This document shows positions 12,574-23,410 of a stretch of DNA of 64,000 nucleotides, in pieces. The stretch comes from Proteromonas lacertae (taxonomy: Eukaryota). The translations under genes were made by a program, and so were the position numbers. How positions within the stretch are numbered: position 1 is the stretch's first letter; the number at the start of each line of letters is the position of its first letter. Under the pieces are notes generated by a model. It searched no databases, had not been told where the DNA came from, and was given only the letters and a program-made list of their open reading frames with translations. Location of the stretch: the NCBI GenBank assembly GCA_002245135.1, contig NGBS01001160.1, forward strand, positions 496,001 to 560,000, read 5' to 3'.

Positions 12574-13486
12574 ATGTCTGAAGATAGTGAAATTGATGAA
12601 AGTAAATCAAGAGATTTGAAGGAAGAGACAATTATGGATTGGATTACCGAATATTTGATGTTTAAAGGACAGTTTGATGCTGTTTCTGGTATATTTCTAT
12701 CTTTATTATGAATTGATAGACATACATTCAAAATTCACACCAGCAAAAATAGACACTCCTATTTATATATATAATTGGTTGAAAACATTGGTATTGCCTA
12801 ATTTGCTTATTTATGTAGGCTGCAGATCCATTAAGTGAAATCAATGAAGATATAATTATATTTGATACGAATGTGAAGAAGATTATCGGGAGAGAAAATA
12901 GTATAAAAAAATGTCATGAATACTTGTCACATATGTTAAAAATGCATTTATGTGTATTATATTTGTAACAATTTAAATAGATGCAAATCCTTGACACAAA
13001 AAATATTACTCCAGAAATAATTCAATCATATATAAAAAATATCAATAATCATTTTAGTTCTAATTCTAATTCAACAGTCACATTCTTAAAAGGGAAACTA
13101 TTATCAATATTGGAAAAGGATAATACACAAATTAATCATGAAAAAGTATATTTAACTATATATATAATGAAATATAGTTGCAAAAGCTTCATGAAGATTA
13201 TTCAGTCAAATCATTAAAAGAATCACTCACTAATTTAGCAGAAAGAGTAAAGACAAAGATAGTATCTCATACAATACCTACCTTGGAGATATTATACAAT
13301 GCTAAAGATACGTTGGATGAAATATCAATAGATGAATATGGAGAACTAACTACATTAGAGTATATAAACAATATAATATAATACTATTTATAGCGAGAAT
13401 GATAAGACTGCAATAGATATTACTAATAGATATAATAAAGAGAATAAAAGAAGTGATGATGATGATGATGATAATGATGATGATGA

Positions 13487-13531
<45 letters not shown>

Positions 13532-14399
13532 ATCATCTGAACCATTTACACAACAACTACCAAAACAAAAGCAACAAAAACAAAAGCCAATTAAAAGAAA
13601 AATACCAGAAACAGCTCCAGAAATGAAAAAGCAACTTGAAATGTTGAACAAAAGAATTAAACTATTTGAAGAGAAGTTAGAAGCAATACCTGATCCGATT
13701 GATATAATAATGAATAAAGAAAATAATAAAGCTAATAAAAAGAGAGTGATTAAACCATATAATGAAACGAGTGAAGATAGTGAGGAGGAAGAAGAAGAAA
13801 TAGAAGAAGTGAAAGAAGTGAAAAGAGACAATAGAAATAAAAACAAACAAAGAAATAGTAAAGTTACAACAACAACAACAATATCCAAAAGGAATAAATC
13901 AATTGAAGAAGAAGATACAGCGGATGAAGAAGAAGAGGAAGAGGAAGAAGAAGAGGAAGAAGAAGAAGTAAATGATGAAGATGATGATGAATATGAATAT
14001 GAAAATGATGATTCATTACCACCAATTACCACCACTAAACATAATAAAAACAATAGAAATGTAGAAGAAGAAGAAGAAGAATATGATGATTCAATATCAT
14101 CTGATACATCCACTGTCAAGAGTCCAAATCCAATAAAACAATTAAAAACAGAAGTGAAGACAATGTTGAATAAATCAAATAAAAAGAATATCAGTTCTAA
14201 ATTACCATTTTCAACTAAAGAGAATTTGTATTTGATTAATGGAGTTGAAAAGTATGGTGTAGGTAAATGGAAAGAAATATTATTAAACTATCCATTTCAT
14301 GAGAAAAGAACATCTACTAATTTAAAAGATAGATATAGAAATATTGAGAAAAAAGCAGATAAATTTGGGATTAGTATAAAAGAAGCTTGTAATATTTAA
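12574..14399 (+). CDS. Single-Myb telobox (TRF-like) protein with a helical N-terminus and long acidic linker, 5 introns
   Basis: C-terminal FSTKENLYLINGVEKYGVGKWKEILL...RTSTNLKDRYRNI resembles the telobox LKDKWRN. Exons join in frame from ATG 12574. Confidence 0.8.
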
Positions 14400-14480
14400 T
14401 ACTAATTAAATCGATTAAATATTTGTTATTGTTTAAAATGAAATACATAATAAGACAGTTAATACATTTTTGCGTATTGA

Positions 14481-14621
14481 GGAATTTTATCAAAAATTGA
14501 GTGGAATATCGATTTTTCTAGAAATGAATTAAATGAAAAAGAGATAAGATTAATGATAGAAAATGGAGAAGCGTTTAGTAAATTATTTTCAATATCAAGT
14601 ATTAAAAATAATTTTAGATGA
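14481..14621 (+). pseudogene. Remnant of an LRR gene resembling the C-terminus of the 42556-45855 gene
   Basis: The stop-bounded frame reads IDFSRNELNEKEIRLMIENGEAFSKL, versus INLLGNELDERELRLMKESKEVFDCL at ~45625-45700. Confidence 0.45.
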
Positions 14622-14702
14622 ATTATCAACAATTATATTCATTATAAATACTAATACAACAAATAACAATTAAAAATAAATAACAATCTACATTACATTC
14701 TA

Positions 14703-16426
14703 TTAATCAAATAATTTCGAATTAAGTAGTTCAGGAGGAATCTTTTCATTATTCTCTTTCAAATATAACCTTAATTCATCACTAATTTTACAATTATTTG
14801 TCAAAAATGAAGTAACAATCCCTCTTTTCCCTGCTCTTCCTGTTCTACCACATCTGTGAATATAATCTTCAATTGTATGAGGCATTTCATATATAATTAC
14901 ATGCTTAACATTAGTAAAATCAATACCTCTTGAAGCTAAATCTGTAGATACTAATATATCAATTGAATCTTGTTTAAACGCTTCCATTATTAGAAATCTT
15001 ATTTGTTGATCTAATTCTGAATGTAATCCAGCAACATGAAACTGTTCTTGTCTTAATTTATATACCAAATTTTCCACAGCAGGAATTGAATTAACAAATA
15101 TCAAAACTGGTGGATATTTTGTTCTTCTTATTACATCTAATAGAGTTTTATATTTATCGTAATTACTGTCAACATAAACTATATTCTGTTTTACATTAAC
15201 AGCCATTTTACCACTCTTTTTACTACCCATTGCGACATATATCTTTATCTCATTAGTTACAGCTGATAAACACAATCTTTCAATTCCAATTGGCATTGTA
15301 GCAGAACTAATTATTGTTTGTCTTCCTATTCTTGGCATAAAATTAATTATCTATTAATAACTAAACTAATAATAACTATACTGTTCTTAATTGATTCTCC
15401 ATTCCTAAATCTAACATTTTATCAGCTTCATCCATCACTATATAATTAATATTACTCAATGACAATATATTCTTATCGATTAAATCAAGTAACCTTCCTG
15501 GTGTTGAAACTAATATATCAATTGGATTTGACGTAATTATATTTTTCTAATAATAATAATAATAATAATAATATATACATTATAGTCAACTCTAGTTCCT
15601 CCACAACAACCCATTACATTATGTCTTAATTTACCATTTCCACACAGTATTCCATTTAAACAATATCCTTTAGTATCCAAACTATAGCCAAATGTATAAG
15701 GGGGATCATTTGGTACAAAGGGAAAGTCAGGATCAATACTTCCAACTACATTAAAGAATATTGAACAATCATTTAATAATTGATCAACCAATTCTCTTGT
15801 TGGAGCTAATATTAATGCTAATGGTTTACCAGCTATTGTAAATATAATAATAATACTTATAATTGTTATACATTCTGTTGATGGTGGAATAGTCATTAGT
15901 TTTGTTGCAAGTGGTAATAGAAATGAGATTGTTTTGCCTGTTCCTGTTTGCGCTAATAATAACACATCTCTTCCCAACATTATAGATGGAATTCCTTGCA
16001 TTTGTATTGGTGTAGGTTCTACAATATTATGATATGTAAGAATGTTTAGAAAAGCTTCTGGTATGGGTAGATCATTGAAATATAATATCGGACGAGGTGC
16101 TCCTGCTCCTTCAACCTAATAATAAATATATATCACTATTTCAATACTTTTATATCGTTTAATTGCAATAATCTATTCACATCCTCTGTAGGAATAGTTG
16201 CAATTCTCTCCGATGATTGATAGTATGGTTGAACATAATTTGTTTCATTACTGTTGATAGAATTCTTCATTCTCTTTTGTAACGGCTTAAATTCTCTTTC
16301 ACCAACAAGATTCACTGTTGCTGGTTCGAATGACTTGGCTATCAATTCATGTCTCCTCTTATTAGCAGAATCAGATGATTTTTTCATTTCAGATAAAGTT
16401 TGATTAAGCTTGTTACAAAACGACAT
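14703..16426 (-). CDS. DEAD-box RNA helicase, 4 introns
   Basis: Q motif [41 protein letters not shown] and [12 protein letters not shown]. Confidence 0.95.
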
Positions 16427-16433
16427 TTTTATT

Positions 16434-17591
16434 ATGAATAATGATGTAGGACCTGATGAAATGGTATTGAAATAACCTTATTTCTTGTAATAGTTAAAAA
16501 TATACCATCGATTTAAACATCGCTTTGGTGTTAGATCCGAAAATCCTTTGTTGTTCCCACTATCGCCAACAATGGACAGAATAGCAAGGGTGTTGTGTTG
16601 TATATATTTTAATCTTATGCATAGTGAGTAATTATGAAATATCAAGGTGGCAACTCAAATATATGGAATTGTGGGCTAAATTTCCTCACAGGACATACAT
16701 AACTGCACCAGATCTGTTTTCAGCTTTGAAAGTTGATTATAGGCCCATATTTGAATCATATTTTAAAATAGTTAGTATGAATGATTATATATTTAATTAG
16801 GTGGCGAAGTGTCAATAGATGAATACTTAATATTTTTAACATTATTTTCCTTTTTTGAACCAAGTCTTTTAGTTAAAGTTCTGTTTTCCTGTTGTGGTAT
16901 TCAAAGCAACATAGCTTTAAGTGACAATCAAATTCAACAATTTTTTCATTCAATGAATCCAGAATCAATGAACGACCAAGAAGTGAAGTATTTCTTAGAA
17001 AAATGGGGTGGATCTGATAGAATCTCAATCAAATCAGTGGTAGGATTATTTATTAGAAATAATTCACTATCTGGGATATTAAATGATATTAGAGTGTCTA
17101 TTATACATAATATAATCACTGATAAAGAATATGGTAAGATTATACGAAGGAAAACGTATTACAATCAACTTCAAGAGAGGAAAATAAGATTAGAAAGACT
17201 ACCTGTATCTTGTAAGGAACATATCAAATATAATTTGACGGGTGAACCACCAGTATTTCATACAGATTATAGAGCGTTAAACCAACAAATTAACGTTAAT
17301 CCAAGTATGATAATACTGTCTTTAAGAGGGAAGTATGGATATAGTAAAAGATTACTTGGCAGTAGTGTGTGTTCTTCATCTAGTTTTAAAGAAACTGATG
17401 GAGAGAATATTACTGCTAATGCTTCAACTGAAGGATGTAATAGTATCAACAAAAAGTATAGATTGAGGAATAAAGCTCAATCTGACCTTGTTGTGGATGA
17501 GAACAAGATATATAGTCCTGGAGAAAAAAATATGAATAGGTCAATTCATATACCTACGGGTGTATCAAAAATTGCACCATATCATTCGTGA
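16434..17591 (+). CDS. Degenerate EF-hand (calcineurin-B/NCS-like) family protein, paralog of the genes at 60237-64000; 3 introns
   Basis: Introns at 16464-16493, ~16587-16624 and ~16775-16800. The IIRRK...LPVSC...P..HTDY pattern matches the 60-63 kb paralogs. The start could instead be 16461 or 16572. Confidence 0.65.
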
Positions 17592-17790
17592 TTCTAGGTT
17601 ATTTATTTATTATTATTTTTCATAGTATTATATTGTTATATAAAAGAATATTTGTTTAGCTAATACTTCTTGTTTGGGTTTATTAATTAATTTGAAAAAT
17701 AAAAAACAGTTGTCAATTTGACAGAACATTACATAATTTTGACATTGTCGTTTTTTCGTTAATTAATTTCGTTTTGCTTTTTTTGCATCA

Positions 17791-19277
17791 ATGACATCTA
17801 CATATGCTAGAGAGTATGAAAAATCCTTATTATAATAATTTTTAGATTCTCAATACCAGAAGGATTCCCAGATATTATTCGTAATTTAACTCGTGAAATC
17901 CTTAGAACTGCTACTACCAAAGAAGGTGGACTTCCTGATCAACAATCAATTTATGAATTTGCATATCAGTATTTCACCAATCTAGCTAATGGTAATAATA
18001 CAAATCCAACTGAAGAATCAGAACCAGCCCAACCACCATCAGAAGAAGCACCATTTGAAGGAGAAGCACCATTTGAAGGAGAAGCACCAGTTGAAGGAGA
18101 AGCACCATCAGAAGAACAACCAGTAGAAGAAACACCAGCAGAAGAAGCTCCAGCTGAAGAACAACCAGCTGAAGAACAACCAGCTGAAGAACAACCAACA
18201 GAAGAAGCTCCAGCAGAAGAGGAAAAACCAGCAGAAGAAGAAGCTCCAGCAACAGAAGAAGTACCAACAGAAGAAGCTCCAGCAACAGAAGAAGTACCAG
18301 AAGAAGCTCCAGCAACAGAAGAAGCACCAGCTGAAGAAGCTCCAGCTGAAGAAGCTCCAGCTGAAGAAGCTCCAGCTGAAGAAGCTCCAGCTGAAGCAGA
18401 AGAAGCACCAGCAGAAGAACAACCAACAGAAGAAGCTCCAGCAGAAGAAGCACCAGTAGAAGAAGCACAAGCAGAAGAAGGAGAAGCTCCAGCAGAAGAA
18501 GGAGAAGCTCCAGCAGAAGAAGGAGAAGCTCCAGCAGAAGAAGGAGAAGCTCCAGCTGAAGAACAACCAGCTGAAGAAACACCAGCAGAAGAAGTAGCAA
18601 CAGAAGAAGCTCCAGCTGAAGAAGCACCAGCAGAAGAAGGAGAAGCTCCAGCAGAAGAAGGAGAAGCTCCAGCAGAAGAAGGAGAAGCTCCAGCAGAAGA
18701 AGGAGAAGCTCCAGCAGAAGAAGGAGAAGCTCCAGCTGAAGAACAACCAGCTGAAGAAACACCAGCAGAAGAAGTAGCAACAGAAGAAGCTCCAGCTGAA
18801 GAAGCACCAGCAGAAGAAGGAGAAGCTCCAGCAGAAGAAGGAGAAGCTCCAGCAGAAGAAGCTCCAGCAGAAGAAGCTCCAGCAGAAGAAGCTCCAGCAG
18901 AAGAAGCTCCAGCTGAAGAAGGAGAAGCTCCAGCAGAAGAAGGTGAAGCTCCAGCAGAGGAAGTACCAGCTGAAGAAGCTCCAGCAGAAGAAGCTCCAGC
19001 AGAAGAAGCTCCAGCTGAAGAAACACCAGCAGAAGAAGTAGCAACAGAAGAAGCTCCAGCAGAAGAAGGTGAAACTCCAGCAGAGGAAGCACCAGCTGAA
19101 GAAGCTCCAGCAGAGGAAGCACCAGCTGAAGAAGGAGAAGCTCCAGCAGAAGAAGGTGAAGCTCCAGCAGAAGAAGCTCCAGCAGAAGAAGGTGAAGCTC
19201 CAGCAGAAGAAGCTCCAGCAGAAGAAGCACCAGCTGAAGAAGCTCCAGCAGAAGGTGAAGCACCTGCTGAAGAATAA
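17791..19277 (+). CDS. RIIa dimerization/docking-domain protein (Sp17/RSP7-like) with a long acidic [12 protein letters not shown] repeat tail (~484 aa); absent from the ORF track
   Basis: ATG 17791 and intron 17814-17845 give [28 protein letters not shown]...[13 protein letters not shown]. The frame then stays open to TAA at 19275-19277. Confidence 0.85.
18040..19274 (+). repeat. Coding minisatellite of 15-nt and 21-nt units, including an exact 180-bp tandem duplication (18481-18660 = 18661-18840)
   Basis: Repeated gaagctccagcagaa and ggagaagctccagcagaagaa units. Three consecutive 60-nt lines repeat identically. Confidence 0.95.
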
Positions 19278-19411
19278 ATCATTTCAATTTTTTAGATTAT
19301 TAATCTTATATTAATTTTATTATTATTTCAAAAAATAAAAAAACTATGTGAATAGAACTTTATATTTGTTTTATGGGATTAAGAAATATACAAAATAAAT
19401 AAATACTAAAT

Positions 19412-20547
19412 TCATTTTGAATCTGATCTTTCGAATTTACTTTCATTTACAAAACTATCTTTGAAACTCTCCTTAAAACTCTCTTTTATATTCTCATCGT
19501 CTACTTCATCATCTATATATTGAGGTTGTTCTTCATGTTGTGGTTTTGGATATGTAAAATTATTATCAACTTCATCATTTTCTACTTCTTTTTCTTCTTC
19601 ACCACTAACTTCATCAATAATTTCATTATTATTATATTTCTCTTTTTCAATTCTAGATTTTTCTGTTGCTCTTAGCTCTTCTTCTTTCTTAGTATCATAA
19701 TCATAATCTTCAATTTCATCATTTCCACCACATTGATCTACTCTCATTCTTGGAGGAGGTGTTTGAGGTGGGCTTGGTGGAAATAATTCATATTCTTCTT
19801 CTTCTACAACCTCTTCTTTATCTTCCGCTAAGAAATTTATATTATTTACTTCATCTACTATCAATTTTTTAGGTTGTTTTTTGTCTATTTTTGGTGGTTC
19901 AAATACATCTTGATGAGGCTTTGTTGTGTAATTTAGATTCTTAGTTTGCTTCTTTTTTCTATCTGAACGAATGAATAATTTTGCTGTTGGTTTGTCAAAT
20001 CTGACTCTATCATAAATATCTGGACGGAATAACTTTAATAAATGATCATATCTACTTCTTAATACATCTGCTCGATATATTAATCCATCAAATCTTTTTA
20101 GTTTTTCTTTTTGAACTTTTTCTTCAATCATTAATTTATTCAATCTGTCGTTCAATTCTTCCAATTCCTTCTTCAATTTATCATAATATATGATTTTTGA
20201 TGCATTATATGATCTGTAATATTGTATAGCATATTGTTCTAGATTAAAAGCTGGAATATATTCTTTATAATATGGTATTTCACCAGGTTCCAATTTAACT
20301 GACATTACATCTGGTAAATATGTTTGAATTAAATTAATATTGCCCTAATCACAAATTATTTAATTACTATACTTCAGCTTCAGCATAATTAACATCAAGA
20401 TAGGTTAACTTTTTTTTAGGTTTTGCAATGGTATATACGGATGCCTGAATGAAACTAACAAAAGTAAGGATTAACAATACATTTCTTATTGTGATTATCT
20501 CTTTCAGCCATTTCAGAATTTATATATCGATTTTCATATGGTCTCAT
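19412..20547 (-). CDS. Hypothetical coiled-coil/acidic protein, 2 introns
   Basis: ATG 20547 plus two short introns lead into the 297-aa ORF. No recognisable domain. Confidence 0.65.
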
Positions 20548-20661
20548 TTCTATATATATAGTAGTTATGAAGATTCGAAATTTAAAAATAAAAATTCACA
20601 AACTAGTTTGATTCAATTTTCGTCATTTTTCTGAAATTCAATACATTAATATCCAAATAAA

Positions 20662-22443
20662 ATGTCTTCTATAGATCGACCTATAATTCAGGGATGGTTA
20701 AATAAGATGAAAAGTAGTAGAATGTCAATCGGTGGTCATTGGAACAGAAGGTATTACTCAATTCAGCATTTATTCTGATATAGATGGGTAACAATTCAAA
20801 ATATAGGAAGAGGTGAATTGGCATTGTGCTATTGGAATGGACCGTATTTTAAGAACATATCTTATTAAATTGATATTAGAAATGATTCAAGTGATCCATC
20901 TGGATGGATATTCATAAAAGAAATAGATGAAGTTAGAGATGCACTAGTATTTCTTATTTTCATAAATCTAATGTAAATATAGAGCGAGCTTCCCACTAAT
21001 TTCCGACTGGGTGATAAACAAAAATCTAAAGATGCAAAAACTTCAAAATATGATTATATTCAAGATGAAATTAAAAAACATAAAGTATTCATTATTCTTA
21101 TAATTTATAAAAATAGTATACAACCTTTATTATAACAGCAATGTCACGTAATTTTGTATTTTCTGCTGAAGATGAAGACTGCTGTCAACACTGGCTATCT
21201 TGTTTATTTAGATTATGTGGTATTCCATTTGATAAATTCCCTTGGCTATCAAGATGGGGAGAAAAACCAAAAGTTCCAGATTCCTTAAAAGAACACTGGA
21301 ATAGTATAAGAAAAGATTCACCTTATAGAAGCTTGTATATATATATATATATAATTATTATTAATATTATTAGAAGTGGTAAAGGAACAAGTAATACATC
21401 AGCAAGAATAACAAACTCAAGAACATCAGTAAGAGGATATACTAATAATAATAGTAATAATGTTCATATTAACCATAATAATTATAGTAATAACAATAAT
21501 CATAATAATAAAGATAGTAGTTGTTCTAATAGGTCATCGAACCAATCATTTGCTGGTAGTCCATATCATTCAGATAATTCCAGTGAAGAAGAAGAAAAGT
21601 ATATAAATAATATATATATATTAGAAATAATAATTTGAAATTATTAAAACCCAAAAAAGTGAAAGAAGAAGTAGTAGTTCAACAAGAAGAAAAGAAATCT
21701 TGTAATAATGAAACAGATCAATCTGAACCTCCAGTTTATAAATCCAAAAATAAAAATATATTACCAGTAGATCTAGTAACACCAATGACATATTCAAATT
21801 CATCTGAAGCAAAAGAAGCAAAAATAGATGATGATGATAATTTAATAGAACAGCGACAACAAGAATCTTTACAAGTGAATATGTTTAAACCAGGCTCTAC
21901 ATCACCATGTGGTATAGCAGAGAATGAAGAAAGAGCAAGTAATCTTAGTGTATGATATATTAATTATTGCTTTATAGAGAAGTGATAGTGTTTCTTCAGA
22001 TGCTTATCCAACGCCTGTATAATGTTATTTATATAAGTATATTTAGATTCCTACTGTTACTCCAACATGCTTCAATAATAATAATAATAATAATAGTAAT
22101 AATGAAAATATAGAAAAAGAAACAATTAAATCTGAAGAAGAGAATGTAAGTCCAAGTCATTTTGAAACTACAATTCGTTTTAAAGATGATGATGATTATG
22201 ATGATTGGGATAGTGATATAGATAAGAATGAGGAGGAAAAAGTATTAATACTTATTATATTTATATTATAATTTAGAAATGTGAAATAAATGAAGAATCT
22301 AAATTTACAGATGAAACTTATGGAAGTAATAAAATATATGATAATACAGTATATAAAGCAGGAGTAAAAGAAGATGAAGTATATATATATATATTAATAT
22401 ATTAAATATATAGAACTGGCTGGCTGATGATTTTGATAGTTAA
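20662..22443 (+). CDS. N-terminal PH-domain protein with a low-complexity acidic C-terminus, 10 introns
   Basis: IIQGWLNKMK...GHWNRRWVTI...LCYW...RNFVFSAEDEDCCQHWLSCL. All exons join in frame to NWLADDFDS-TAA. Confidence 0.85.
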
Positions 22444-22534
22444 ATAAATAATCGTAACTATATATTCTTTTTATAATGTTACTCATTTTTGTATAAATTA
22501 CATTAACAAGAAAGAACAAAAAATAAATACTATT

Positions 22535-23296
22535 TTAATAACTAATAGACTCTATTGTTATTTCCTGTTTTGTATTACACCACACAACAAAACAAGGTAT
22601 AAACTCATTTGGAACTTCATTGAAGCAATATATGTTTGTATATCCACCAAATGAATATTTTAACTTTTGCATCTCTTTATTATAAGTTACTTTCAATTTT
22701 AGTGGATATATAAGATTTTTAGGAATAATTCCATTTTCATAAACTAATTCTCCTCTTTCATAAGCTTCACCATTATTAAGTATATACATACATAGATCTG
22801 GACTAGAAAATGGACTTTTCTGAAATATTGGTAATACTCCATAACCAATCGCTATATTCTCTATTTTATTCCTGATTGAATATGTTATAACCCAATTATC
22901 TATTTCTTCTGGTATTGTATTACATATATAATGATAACCACCATCACCTCCTCCTTCAAATATTGCTGTTAATTTATCTTCTGATAAATTAATATCTTCT
23001 GACTTATCACAATCAGAAAATACACATTTTGATTTTACTACATCATGTTTTGAATCTGTCTAATAGAAAAATTAAAAGTCAATTATCAATAATACTTTTC
23101 GGAGTTTATTTACTATTTCTTCATTAACTGAATATGTTCTTTTTCTTGTAACTTTCTTAGTTTTATTCTTATTCTGAGATTCTTCTTCTATTGTAGTTAT
23201 TATGATTGTATCAGGGGCAATAGGCTCTACATTGTTTAAATATATATCTATTGTATTATTCTTCTTTTTAGATTTTGTATTCTTCTTGTTTTTCAT
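22535..23296 (-). CDS. SPRY/B30.2-like domain protein with a basic N-terminus, 1 intron
   Basis: INLSEDKLTAIF...IAIGYGV...FIPCFVV beta-sandwich pattern. Lys-rich NLS-like N-terminus. Confidence 0.6.
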
Positions 23297-23410
23297 TATC
23301 AATTTGCAAACGTGTTTGACAATCAAAATAGAATTGATACAATCATATAATATTAAATAAACATTATTTTCAATTTATTTTGAAACATTTGTTTTTCTTC
23401 ATTTCACTTT

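Noticed and set aside
13388..14119. 243-aa minus-strand Ser/Leu-rich ORF (and the similar one at 25557-25904)
   Set aside because: Antisense of GAA/GAT acidic tracts in the Myb and Pol5 genes.
17966..19282. Long minus-strand ORFs (SSAGA-rich, poly-Leu and FFCWS-rich)
   Set aside because: These are antisense shadows of the + strand EAPAEE repeat. The + frame carries the RIIa domain and a proper intron.
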